From Firmicutes bacterium UBA4795 (GTDB lineage Bacteria; Bacillota; Desulfotomaculia; Desulfotomaculales; Nap2-2B), in assembly GCA_002402825.1 (NCBI GenBank), contig DHGP01000018.1:9150-73149 (forward strand): a stretch of DNA of 64,000 nucleotides, written 5' to 3'. The position numbers and the translations under genes were made by a program. This document shows, piece by piece, positions 36,345-45,742 of the stretch; the first letter of the stretch is position 1, and each line of letters starts with the position of its first letter. Below the pieces are notes generated by a model. That model was not told the DNA's origin and ran no database searches. It saw nothing but the letters and a program-made list of their open reading frames with translations.

Positions 36345-36448
36345 TTATTTAATGGACAAGCTCATAATATTACCATTTTAACTTTATTAACACCTGGTTT
36401 GAAAAAAACATAAGATATAGAGGTTAAAACAAAAGGAGAGGAAAAATA

Positions 36449-37855
36449 TTGCCGGCAAAATTTGAACCCCTCAGACACGGCAAGAATCTGGTGCACTTTA
36501 TTGGTATTGGGGGCACTGGAATGAGCGGCTTGGCTAAAATCTTACTGGAGTTGGGCTTTTCAGTATCCGGCTCAGATTTAGTAGCCACTCCGGTTACCAA
36601 GCGGCTGGAAACTCTAGGCGCTACTTGCTACATTGGGCATGAGGCTAAAAATGTAACTAACCCAAGTCTAGTGGTAGTATCATCAGCCATTAAGCCTGAT
36701 AATCCAGAGCTCAAAACGGCGCAAAAAAGGATGCTCCCGGTGATCCACCGCAGTGAATTACTGGCCTACCTGATGGAAAAACAAAAAGGTATTGCCGTTG
36801 CCGGTACGCACGGTAAGACCACCACCACTTCTATGTTAGCTCTGGTTTTGGAGAAAAATGGCCTTGATCCTACCGTGGTGGTAGGAGGAGAATTAAGCGA
36901 CCTTGGAAGCAACGCCAAATTAGGGCAAGGTGAATACTTAGTTACCGAAGCTGATGAAAGCGATGGTTCTTTCTTAAAACTAAAGCCTGTCGCTTCCATA
37001 ATTACCAATATTGAAGATGATCATCTTGATTATTACGGAAATATAAGCAAAATAAAGGATGGTTTTAGCAAATTTATCTCCCGCACTACAGATACTGCAT
37101 TTGTATGTCTAGATGATCCCCAGATAATTGAAGTTATAAATAACTGTAAGCTTCCTTTAGTTACATACGCCATTAATAATCAAAGGGCTGATTATGTCTT
37201 GAAAAACGTTCACTTGAACCCTAAAGGTTCGCGGGGAGAGGTTTTTTACCACGGTCATTTGATGGGTTTACTTGAACTGGCTATTCCCGGACAACATAAT
37301 CTGCTAAATGCTTTAGCCGCCCTGGCCGCAGCACGTTGGGTTGGCCTTGATTTTGAACGAGTCGCCCTAGCCTTGCGCCATTTTTTGGGGGTAGGACGGC
37401 GCTTTCAGTTGCTTGGCGAGGTAAGGGGAATAAAAGTAGTGGATGATTATGCACATCATCCCAGTGAAATTAAAGCAACTCTGCAGGCTGCCAGGCAAAT
37501 AAAGCCCCAAAGAATAATCAGCGTATTTCAACCTCACCGTTACACCCGAACCTTGTTCCTGAGTGAACATTTTGGTTCTGCTTTTAAGCAAAGCGATTTA
37601 GTTATTGTAAGTGAAATTTACAGTGCGGGTGAAGCCTGTTTAAACGGGGTAAACGCCCAGTTAATTGTTAAAGCTATTTTACGGCAAGGCAATAAAGAAG
37701 TAAAATATATCGCGGACAAGAAAGAAATTGTCCCTTATTTAGCCGGGGTGATTAGACCAGGAGATTTGGTGATAACCATCGGCGCCGGCGATATCTGGAC
37801 TGTTGGCGAGGCCTTGGTAAAAAAATTAGGAGAGAAGCAACATGAACGCAAGTAA
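36449..37855 (+). CDS. murC: UDP-MurNAc:L-Ala ligase
   Basis: GIGGTGMSGLA and GTHGKTTTTSM. Confidence 0.92.
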   Translation: MPAKFEPLRHGKNLVHFIGIGGTGMSGLAKILLELGFSVSGSDLVATPVTKRLETLGATCYIGHEAKNVTNPSLVVVSSAIKPDNPELKTAQKRMLPVIHRSELLAYLMEKQKGIAVAGTHGKTTTTSMLALVLEKNGLDPTVVVGGELSDLGSNAKLGQGEYLVTEADESDGSFLKLKPVASIITNIEDDHLDYYGNISKIKDGFSKFISRTTDTAFVCLDDPQIIEVINNCKLPLVTYAINNQRADYVLKNVHLNPKGSRGEVFYHGHLMGLLELAIPGQHNLLNALAALAAARWVGLDFERVALALRHFLGVGRRFQLLGEVRGIKVVDDYAHHPSEIKATLQAARQIKPQRIISVFQPHRYTRTLFLSEHFGSAFKQSDLVIVSEIYSAGEACLNGVNAQLIVKAILRQGNKEVKYIADKKEIVPYLAGVIRPGDLVITIGAGDIWTVGEALVKKLGEKQHERK

Positions 37856-38810
37856 AAGCACAAGTGCAAGTAGGGACGGTTCTTCTTGCTTGCCTAATCG
37901 GGAGTTTAAAGCTGTCTATAAAGAATTAAAGCAGCTTTTGCCTGACCAGGTGCGCATACAAGAGCCAATGTCCCAACATACTACTTTTCGTATTGGCGGA
38001 CCGGCGGATATTTTAGTTGAGCCCCGCACAATAGCTGCTTTAAGGGAAACAATTTCTTACGCTAAAGTCAAAAATATCCCTGTCTTTGTTATGGGGGCCG
38101 GTTCCAACTTACTGATCCGTGACGGTGGAATCAGGGGCATGGTAGTAAAAATAGGTCGTCACCTGGCCAGGATTAAAATAGATGGCGTTGTGGTTATGGC
38201 AGAAGCAGGAGCAACCCTGTCACACTTAGCCCTGACTTGCTGTCAAGCCAGCCTGGCCGGTTTTGAGTTTGCCGTCGGCATCCCTGGAACAGTGGGGGGT
38301 GCAGTCGTAATGAACGCTGGGGCAGAAGGTCGCGCCATGAGTGATGTAGTGCAGGAAGTTCTGGTTCTTAACCAGAAAGGTTGTTTTGATCGGCTGAAAA
38401 AAGAGGATTTGGGATTTGGCTACCGGAGCAGTAATTTATTAGATCACAATCAGATAGTGGTAGAAGTAGTTTGCCAGGGAACACCTGATCAAAAGGAACG
38501 TATTCAGGAAAGGCAAAAAAAACATCTCCACCACCGGCAGAATACCCAACCGCTTATGTACCCTAACGCCGGCAGTGTTTTTAAAAATCCTCCTGGTTTT
38601 ACCGCCGGATACCTAATTGAACAGGCAGGAGCAAAGGGACGGCAAATTGGAGCAGCTAAAGTATCGTTAAAGCACGCTAATTTTATTATTAACTTAGGTA
38701 TGGCACGGGCCAAAGAGGTGCAAGATCTTATATCCCAGGTTCAAGAAATGGTGAAGCAACGCTTTGGCATCCAATTGGCCTTAGAGATTCAAATAGTCGG
38801 AGAGGATTAA
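37842..38810 (+). CDS. murB: UDP-N-acetylenolpyruvoylglucosamine reductase
   Basis: HTTFRIGGPADILV FAD-binding N-terminus. The first ~18 codons are an atypical low-complexity extension, and an alternative TTG start lies near 37887. Confidence 0.88.
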   Translation: MNASKSTSASRDGSSCLPNREFKAVYKELKQLLPDQVRIQEPMSQHTTFRIGGPADILVEPRTIAALRETISYAKVKNIPVFVMGAGSNLLIRDGGIRGMVVKIGRHLARIKIDGVVVMAEAGATLSHLALTCCQASLAGFEFAVGIPGTVGGAVVMNAGAEGRAMSDVVQEVLVLNQKGCFDRLKKEDLGFGYRSSNLLDHNQIVVEVVCQGTPDQKERIQERQKKHLHHRQNTQPLMYPNAGSVFKNPPGFTAGYLIEQAGAKGRQIGAAKVSLKHANFIINLGMARAKEVQDLISQVQEMVKQRFGIQLALEIQIVGED

Positions 38811-38820
38811 AAACAACCTA

Positions 38821-38925
38821 GTTAAGAGGTAAGAGGTGAGCGGTTAGAAGTGAGAATTTCATATCTCATTTTTCAGTTAAGAATTTTAATTCCCACTTCT
38901 GACTTCTTACATCCCACTTCTCAGT
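38821..38925. repeat. Heptamer-array inverted repeat, family D (AAGAGGT / AGAAGTG type), filling the murB-murA spacer
   Basis: The left arm is TAAGAGG TAAGAGG TGAGCGG TTAGAAG TGAGAAT. The right arm is ATTCCCACTTCTGACTTCTTACATCCCACTTCTC. The segment 38844-38857 pairs with 38889-38902 at 13/14 positions. Confidence 0.8.
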
Positions 38926-38940
38926 TAAGAGGTGAAAAAA

Positions 38941-40188
38941 ATGGCCAAGTTTATAATTACCGGTGGTAACCGCCTAAAAGGAACTATAACCGTAAACGGC
39001 AGTAAAAATGCTACCTTGCCTATATTAGCTGCCAGCATTCTAGCCGCTGGTGAATGTATTATTCACGAAGTGCCGTATCTGCAGGACATTACTACCATGA
39101 GCAATGTGCTGGAAACTCTGGGAGCAAAAGTCAAACGGGAAGGAACTACTTTAATTATAAATACCCGTGATATTTATAGTTGGGAAGTAGGAGAAAATTT
39201 AATGCGCCAAATGCGGGCTTCTAACTTGGTCTTAGGCCCTTTATTGGGACGCTTTAAGCAGGTAAAAATTTCTTACCCTGGTGGCTGTAATATTGGTTCC
39301 CGGCCCATGAACTTACATCTAAAAGGCTTAAGGGCCTTAGGGGCCGACATAAACGAAAGATACGGCTATATTAACGTAAAGGCCAAAGACTTAAAGGGAA
39401 CCGAAATACACCTGGATGTACCAAGTGTCGGGGCTACCGAAAATATTCTGATGGCGGCGGTAATGGCTAAAGGAGTAACTATAATTAGAAACGCCGCCAG
39501 GGAACCAGAAATAGTTGATTTACAGAATTTTCTTAACTACCTGGGGGCAAAAATCAGAGGGGCCGGAACAAGTTTAATTAAAGTTGAAGGGACTACCTCC
39601 CTGCATGAGGCCGAACATACCGTTATTCCCGACCGTATTGAGGCAGGTACATATTTAATTGGGACGGCAATTACCGGCGGAGACGTTACGGTAACCAACG
39701 TTATTCCGGAACATCTGGAATCACTACTGGCCAAGTTAAAAGAGATAGGGGTTAAGGTGGAGGTTAAAGATGAGGCCATAAACATAAGCTCAACTGGTTG
39801 CTTTAAAGCTACCAACATTAAAACAATGCCTTACCCTGGTTTTCACACGGATTTGCAACCCCAAATGATGGCCTTGCTGACCCTGGCCCAGGGAACTAGT
39901 GTAATTACCGAAACAATCTTTGAAAACCGCTACCAGCACGTTAGTGAGTTAAGACGCTTGGGGGCTGAAATTACCGTAGAAGGGCAAACCGCCATCATTA
40001 AAGGAGTAAAAAAATTAAGCGGGGCATCTGTAGAAGCAACTGACTTAAGGGCTGGGGCAGCCTTATTATTGGCTGCCTTGGCCGCGGAAAACAGTACGGT
40101 CATTGAAGGGGTGGAACACATTGACCGTGGTTATGAACAAATGGAGAATAAATACAATACTTTAGGAGCTAACATTATACGTGTTTAA
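38941..40188 (+). CDS. murA: UDP-GlcNAc 1-carboxyvinyltransferase
   Basis: MAKFIITGGNRLKGTITVNGSKNA N-terminus. SD AAGAGGTGA lies 5 nt upstream of ATG 38941. Confidence 0.92.
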   Translation: MAKFIITGGNRLKGTITVNGSKNATLPILAASILAAGECIIHEVPYLQDITTMSNVLETLGAKVKREGTTLIINTRDIYSWEVGENLMRQMRASNLVLGPLLGRFKQVKISYPGGCNIGSRPMNLHLKGLRALGADINERYGYINVKAKDLKGTEIHLDVPSVGATENILMAAVMAKGVTIIRNAAREPEIVDLQNFLNYLGAKIRGAGTSLIKVEGTTSLHEAEHTVIPDRIEAGTYLIGTAITGGDVTVTNVIPEHLESLLAKLKEIGVKVEVKDEAINISSTGCFKATNIKTMPYPGFHTDLQPQMMALLTLAQGTSVITETIFENRYQHVSELRRLGAEITVEGQTAIIKGVKKLSGASVEATDLRAGAALLLAALAAENSTVIEGVEHIDRGYEQMENKYNTLGANIIRV

Positions 40189-40298
40189 AGTTAAAATTTT
40201 TTTAACCTTATCTGGGACAAGTATTGTTTTGCTTTATTTTTTAAAAAATATATGATATAAGTTGCTTATGGATAAAACTTGATTTAAATACCGGATGA

Positions 40299-41159
40299 AT
40301 GAGGTTTTCAAGGAACAAACAACTAAAAAAATTTAAGTTAAACGCGGGAGAAAGCATATTTTTTATTTTCCTGGTTATTCTGGCGGCTTATATTTTCTGG
40401 CGGTCATCTTTATTTGAAGTTAAGGAAATTTTTGTCCAGGGCAACCATTCTTTAACCACCACCGAGATTGTAGCTTTATCCCGGATTAATGAGGGGACAA
40501 ATATTTTTAAAGTTAATTTATCCCAGGCAGGCGAAAGAATTAAGGCTCTGCCGTTGGTTAAAGAAGTGCATTTAACCCGTAAATTTCCTTCCCAAATAAT
40601 TATAGAAATAAAAGAACGCTACCCGGTGGCCTTGGTCCCGGTAAAGGGTGGTTTTGCAGAAGTAGATAGAGAAGGGGTATATTTAAGGCCAGGTAAAATA
40701 AGCTCTTCAGGACTGCCGGTAATAATGGTAACCAAAGAAAAAGCATCTAATGGTAGGTCAATCAGCGGCACAGGCCAAGGGCAGGCTTCGGGAAGGCAGG
40801 ATGCCTACCCTACAAGCCTACCTTCCCTTCAGCCTGTGGTTGACAGTAAACCGGCCCAAGCTCTTAAACCAGGGCAGGTTTTTGACTTTCCCGGGTTAAA
40901 AATTGCTTTAAAAGTAATTAATGCCTTGCCCCGCGAATTAATAACCAGTCTTTCCGAAGTTTACGTGGACAAACAAGGACAAATATTCCTTTACCACTTA
41001 AGCGGGGTAGAATGTCGCTTGGGTCAACCGGTAAATATAACTAAGAAGGGGATAATCCTTAACCAACTTTTTAGCCAGCTTAAAAACACGCGCCAGTTTG
41101 AATATATTGATATTTCCCTTGCCGGTTCACCGGTGGTAAAATATAAGGATGGTAAATAA
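40299..41159 (+). CDS. ftsQ: FtsQ/DivIB cell-division protein carrying a repeat-derived insertion
   Basis: N-terminal TM, a POTRA-like region (FEVKEIFVQGNHSLTTTEI), and the position after murA. Confidence 0.8.
   Translation: MRFSRNKQLKKFKLNAGESIFFIFLVILAAYIFWRSSLFEVKEIFVQGNHSLTTTEIVALSRINEGTNIFKVNLSQAGERIKALPLVKEVHLTRKFPSQIIIEIKERYPVALVPVKGGFAEVDREGVYLRPGKISSSGLPVIMVTKEKASNGRSISGTGQGQASGRQDAYPTSLPSLQPVVDSKPAQALKPGQVFDFPGLKIALKVINALPRELITSLSEVYVDKQGQIFLYHLSGVECRLGQPVNITKKGIILNQLFSQLKNTRQFEYIDISLAGSPVVKYKDGK
40782..40836. repeat. Family B element copy B1 (32-nt core plus inverted partial copy) in frame in ftsQ
   Basis: The core is CAGGCTTCGGGAAGGCAGGATGCCTACCCTAC (40782-40813). The arm 40817-40836 pairs back to 40782-40800 (16 bp with an internal loop). 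It encodes QASGRQDAYPTSLPSLQP. Confidence 0.85.
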
Positions 41160-41868
41160 AGCTATATTTAAAAATAAAAGTATTTACTTTATAATGGCTT
41201 TTATTGCGCTAAGCCTGGGTTTTATTTTTGCTTTGCAGTTTCGCACTAATACCATGGTTAAACAAAGTCCTCCCTTACAGCAAACACAAGAATTGGCGGC
41301 GCGTTTAAAAACTGCCCGGGAGGAAAATGAGGCTTTGCAAAACCGGGTGGATAAATTACGCCGGCAATTAGACCAGGTTACCGATAGCTTTTACTTAACC
41401 ACCCTGCACCAAGAATTAAGCAAAACCCGTATTGCGGCTGGAATGACGGAATTAACCGGTCCTGGAATAGAAGTTACTCTTAGTGACAGTAATAAAAAAA
41501 TTCAGCCTGGTGAAAATCCCAATCTTTATGTCTTGCACGATGAAGATATTTTAAAGGTTATTAATGAATTAAAGGCGGCCGGCGCAGAAGCTATAGCCCT
41601 TAATGGTCAGCGTCTTTTAGCCACCAGTGAGATTCGCTGTCTTGGTCCCACCGTGCTTACTAATAAAAATCAGCGGCTTACTCCTCCCTTTGTAATTACG
41701 GCCATTGGTAATCCTGGTAATTTGGTTAACGCTTTGCAAATGCGCGGGGGAATAGTGGATCAGCTTCGTTTCTGGGAAATTCAAGTAACGATTAAGTCTA
41801 TGCCCAATATTATTATACCAGCTTATACCGGCCAGTTGCGCTTTGATTACGCCAAACCGGTAAGTTAA
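41149..41868 (+). CDS. DUF881-family division-associated membrane protein
   Basis: N-terminal TM, a coiled coil, and TGPGIEVTL...DEDILKVINELKAAGAEAIALNGQR. Confidence 0.75.
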   Translation: MVNKAIFKNKSIYFIMAFIALSLGFIFALQFRTNTMVKQSPPLQQTQELAARLKTAREENEALQNRVDKLRRQLDQVTDSFYLTTLHQELSKTRIAAGMTELTGPGIEVTLSDSNKKIQPGENPNLYVLHDEDILKVINELKAAGAEAIALNGQRLLATSEIRCLGPTVLTNKNQRLTPPFVITAIGNPGNLVNALQMRGGIVDQLRFWEIQVTIKSMPNIIIPAYTGQLRFDYAKPVS

Positions 41869-41927
41869 CCGACGATTTTCGAATAACGAATTATAAATGG
41901 TAAAAAAACTGAAAAGGTGGGAATAAT

Positions 41928-42662
41928 ATGAACCAAAAATTATACCTTTCTGTTTTTTTAGTGGCCTTAATTATAGGTTTAATGGCGGCCTTGCAGTTCC
42001 GCACCACCAACTTTATAGAGCAAGGTGTTCCCCTTGGCCGATCCCAGGAATTATCCGTTGATTTAAACCAGTTAAATGCAGAGAAAAAACAATTGGAGAC
42101 AGAAGTTAAAGATTTAACGCAAAAAATTCAGCAGACCACTAAAGGACAGGCTTCGGGCAGGCAGGATGCCTACCCTACTTTGGCAAAAGAGGTTCTAGTA
42201 GGTGAATTAAAAAAAGCCCGATTAGGTGCTGGCCTGACCGCGGTATCGGGGCCGGGTATTGAAATAACCCTGGATAATCCTTCGGCTGAACAAAACAAAG
42301 GCCTGGAAGATACCATGTTTGCTATCCGGGATGAGGATTTACTGCACCTGGTAAACGAACTAAACGGGGCCGGAGCAGAAGCAGTGTCAATTAACGGACA
42401 AAGAATTCTGGCTACCAGTGAAATCCGTTGGGCCGCTCCTTTTATTAACGTTAATTTAACCAGAATAGCCCCGCCTTACCATATACTGACGATTGGTTCA
42501 CCCAAAAATTTAACCAGCGCTTTAGAAATATCCGGTGGATTGGCTGAATATTTACAAAGCCTTGGCGCGAAGGTAAAAATTCAACCTTATGAAAATTTAA
42601 CCGTTCCTGGTTATACCGCCCCAATTGAGTTTCGCTACGCCAAACCAACAAAAGGAGAGTAG
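41928..42662 (+). CDS. DUF881-family protein (paralogue) carrying a repeat-derived insertion
   Basis: SGPGIEITL...DEDLLHLVNELNGAGAEAVSINGQR. Confidence 0.75.
   Translation: MNQKLYLSVFLVALIIGLMAALQFRTTNFIEQGVPLGRSQELSVDLNQLNAEKKQLETEVKDLTQKIQQTTKGQASGRQDAYPTLAKEVLVGELKKARLGAGLTAVSGPGIEITLDNPSAEQNKGLEDTMFAIRDEDLLHLVNELNGAGAEAVSINGQRILATSEIRWAAPFINVNLTRIAPPYHILTIGSPKNLTSALEISGGLAEYLQSLGAKVKIQPYENLTVPGYTAPIEFRYAKPTKGE
42147..42178. repeat. Family B element copy B2 in frame in the DUF881 gene
   Basis: CAGGCTTCGGGCAGGCAGGATGCCTACCCTAC is 31/32 identical to B1. It encodes QASGRQDAYPT. Confidence 0.9.
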
Positions 42663-42667
42663 GTAAA

Positions 42668-43012
42668 GTGGGGATATTAGCCTGGGTAATAATTTTAGGA
42701 GGATTAGCCATTGGAGTATTGGTAGGTCTAAACGTTCCTTTTTTAATCCCTCAGCTATACGCTAAATATTTATCGGTAGCGATCCTGGCCGCTCTTGATT
42801 CGGTTTTTGGGGGCATAAGAGCAGCCATGGAAGACAGCTACGACAACACCATTTTCCTGACGGGTTTTTTCAGCAATGCCTTGTTGGCTGCTGGTTTGGC
42901 TTTTATCGGGGAAAGACTAGGCATGGATTTATATCTGGCAGCCGTGGTTGCTTTTGGTGTTCGTCTTTTTCAAAACCTGGCCATTATCCGGCGTCATTTG
43001 CTTAAAAAATAA
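42668..43012 (+). CDS. sbp: Small basic membrane protein (Sbp/DUF1290)
   Basis: 114 aa, hydrophobic, with C-terminal RRHLLKK. Has the conserved position after the DUF881 pair. Confidence 0.65.
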   Translation: MGILAWVIILGGLAIGVLVGLNVPFLIPQLYAKYLSVAILAALDSVFGGIRAAMEDSYDNTIFLTGFFSNALLAAGLAFIGERLGMDLYLAAVVAFGVRLFQNLAIIRRHLLKK

Positions 43013-43117
43013 CTTTTCTTTAAAAAAAGGAGAAACAATATAAATATTGAAATTAAGACTTAAATTAGGGTACTCAAAAAAAGCTTAAATTAATTTAACC
43101 AAAAGGAGGCTTAAGCT

Positions 43118-44170
43118 ATGATTGATTTTGAACTTGAGACAAAACAATTTGCCAATATAAAAGTTATTGGAGTAGGAGGAGGAGGCAATAATGCGGTTAA
43201 CCGAATGATTATCGGCGGTTTAAAGGGAGTTGAATTTATCGCGGTAAATACTGACGCCCAAGCTTTACAATTAACCCAAACGTTAAATAAGGTTCAAATA
43301 GGGGCAAAATTAACCAAGGGATTGGGGGCCGGCGGTAATCCAGAAATTGGTCAAAAGGCGGCTGAGGAAAGCAAAGAGGAGCTTAATCAGATTCTAAAAG
43401 GGGCTGATATGGTCTTTGTAACCGCCGGGATGGGTGGAGGTACGGGAACCGGGGCGGCACCAGTGATTGCGGAGGTAGCTAAAGAATTGGGGGTATTAAC
43501 CGTTGGGGTGGTAACCAAGCCTTTTACTTTTGAGGGGCGCAAACGGATGAATCAGGCGGAGATAGGAATTCAAAATCTTAAAGAAAAAGTAGATACCTTA
43601 ATCACTATTCCTAATGACAGGTTATTACAGGTAATTGATAAGCATACTTCTATCGTGGAAGCTTTTCGAATTGCCGACGATGTCTTACGGCAAGGCGTCC
43701 AAGGGATTTCTGATTTAATTGCGGTACCAGGGTTAATCAATTTAGATTTTGCCGACGTCAAAACCATCATGAAAGATACTGGTTCAGCACTAATGGGAAT
43801 TGGGGTGGCCAAGGGTGAAAACAGGGCCACTGAAGCAGCTAAAATAGCCATCTCCAGTCCGTTACTGGAGACCTCAGTAGAAGGAGCCAAAGGGGTTTTA
43901 TTAAATATTACAGGCGGAACTTCCCTAACTTTATTTGAAGTTAATGGCGCCGCAGAAATTATCTTCCAGGCGGCAGACCCGGAAGCTAATATTATTTTTG
44001 GAGCAGTAATTGAAGAAAACATGGAAGAAGAAGTCCGGGTTACGGTTATTTCCACAGGCTTTGACCAAAAAAGGGTAAAAAGAGAACGCATCCTGCCAGA
44101 GCTAGAAATAAAACCTTTTACCGACCATGAAGAACTAGACATTCCGGCCTTTTTACGCCGGCGCTATTAA
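43118..44170 (+). CDS. ftsZ: Cell-division GTPase FtsZ
   Basis: [13 protein letters not shown] and the tubulin signature [10 protein letters not shown]. Confidence 0.96.
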   Translation: MIDFELETKQFANIKVIGVGGGGNNAVNRMIIGGLKGVEFIAVNTDAQALQLTQTLNKVQIGAKLTKGLGAGGNPEIGQKAAEESKEELNQILKGADMVFVTAGMGGGTGTGAAPVIAEVAKELGVLTVGVVTKPFTFEGRKRMNQAEIGIQNLKEKVDTLITIPNDRLLQVIDKHTSIVEAFRIADDVLRQGVQGISDLIAVPGLINLDFADVKTIMKDTGSALMGIGVAKGENRATEAAKIAISSPLLETSVEGAKGVLLNITGGTSLTLFEVNGAAEIIFQAADPEANIIFGAVIEENMEEEVRVTVISTGFDQKRVKRERILPELEIKPFTDHEELDIPAFLRRRY

Positions 44171-44185
44171 AAATGATTCTTTTGT

Positions 44186-45742
44186 TTATAACTTAAGTTT
44201 TATAAAAGAACGTAAACGGTTTAAATCGTAACTGTAAATACCGCCGGTAAGATATAAAAAGATAGAATAACATAGGGCCCCAATTAGCAAAAGATTAATG
44301 GTTTTAAAATTAGCTGAACCAAAAAAAACAGGCAGAAAAAGTTTCGTTTGCCAAATAACCAGGGCCATACCGGTTGAGGCCAAAAGAGGTTTAGCTACAC
44401 AGTAATTAAAATCAAGGGGTAAACGGACTAGTGTTTTTAAGTCGTAGTAGTTTAAACCGGCCAGAATAAAGTAGCTGATTAACATAGCCAGAACAGTTCC
44501 TTTTATCCCTAGTTGAGGCAGCGCCGTCAGATAATAAATACCGGTAATTTTAAAAGCGGAGGCAATTACCAGATTTTTAAGGGGGCGGGCGGCATATCCT
44601 AAGCCCTGTAAAATACCGGTAAAAGTCTGTTGGAGATATAAAAAGGGGCCTCCTAAAGCTAAAAGACCTAAAATAGCTCCTGCTGCTTCGTAGCCGTAAA
44701 ATAAAGCGCATAATTCATCAGACAACTGGTAAAATACAGCTACGGCGGGCAAACCCGTCAGCATGGTTACCCGTAAAGATTCTTCGATACGTGTTCGGAT
44801 AAGATAATGATCATTTTGAGCCGCAGCTTCACTTACGGCTGGAATCAAAGTAGTAGCCAGGGAAGCGGTAACAATGCTGGGTATATAAAGCAAGGACTCC
44901 GCAATACCGGTAAGCTGTCCAAAAACAGCGGTAGCCTGGGAATAGGTTAAGCCCGCCGTCTGGAGTCTACCGGGGATAAGCAAAGCTTCTATAGCCGAAG
45001 ATATAGTAGAAATAAAGCGAATAAAGGTTACGGGAATTGCGAGTTGAAAAATTTGCGTCAGCACGGTAAGAAGTTTTTCCGGTAAGAAAGGAATTGTTTT
45101 TTTAAAACGAGGCCGTCGGCGAACGTAGATATACAGCATCAGTAAAAAGCCCACAAATTCACCAATAACAATTCCTATCGCCAGTCCCATCACCGTGTAT
45201 TCAACCCCGTAAGGTAGCATAAAATAAGCAATAATTAAGCCGCTGGTTACTCTGACTAACTGCTCCACCACCTGGGTAACCGCCGTAGGGGTCATTTGTT
45301 GTAACCCCTGAAAAAATCCCCGGAAAGCGGAGCACAAGGAAACGATAAGCAAAGCAGGGGTGAAGCAAAAGAAGCTGTAGATAACTTTAGGATGGGCTAA
45401 AAAGTATTTTTGTAACCAGGGTACGCTGATCAAAAATAAAACGCTAAAAAACAAGCTGCTAAAAGTTAAACAAATAAGTGAGATATATAAAACGCGGTAA
45501 GCTTCCCGCAAATTACCACAAGCCGTCTTTTCAGCCACCAGTTTAGCTACAGCTACGGGGATACCGGCCGTAGCCAGAATTAAAGCAAGGACATAAATGG
45601 GGTAAATCATATTAAATAATCCTACCCCTTCCGGTTGAATGAGACGGAGCATTATAATTTGGTAAACAAAACCAATAAAATGATTAAAAAAACTGGCTAA
45701 AAGAAGAATTAAGGTGCCGCCAAGAAATGATTGCCGGGTCAT
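44186..45742 (-). CDS. spoVB: Stage V sporulation protein B (MOP/MurJ-type flippase)
   Basis: 518 aa, ~14 TM, with N-terminus RQSFLGGTLILLLASF..GFVYQI typical of SpoVB. Confidence 0.7.
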   Translation of the reverse strand: MTRQSFLGGTLILLLASFFNHFIGFVYQIIMLRLIQPEGVGLFNMIYPIYVLALILATAGIPVAVAKLVAEKTACGNLREAYRVLYISLICLTFSSLFFSVLFLISVPWLQKYFLAHPKVIYSFFCFTPALLIVSLCSAFRGFFQGLQQMTPTAVTQVVEQLVRVTSGLIIAYFMLPYGVEYTVMGLAIGIVIGEFVGFLLMLYIYVRRRPRFKKTIPFLPEKLLTVLTQIFQLAIPVTFIRFISTISSAIEALLIPGRLQTAGLTYSQATAVFGQLTGIAESLLYIPSIVTASLATTLIPAVSEAAAQNDHYLIRTRIEESLRVTMLTGLPAVAVFYQLSDELCALFYGYEAAGAILGLLALGGPFLYLQQTFTGILQGLGYAARPLKNLVIASAFKITGIYYLTALPQLGIKGTVLAMLISYFILAGLNYYDLKTLVRLPLDFNYCVAKPLLASTGMALVIWQTKLFLPVFFGSANFKTINLLLIGALCYSIFLYLTGGIYSYDLNRLRSFIKLKL

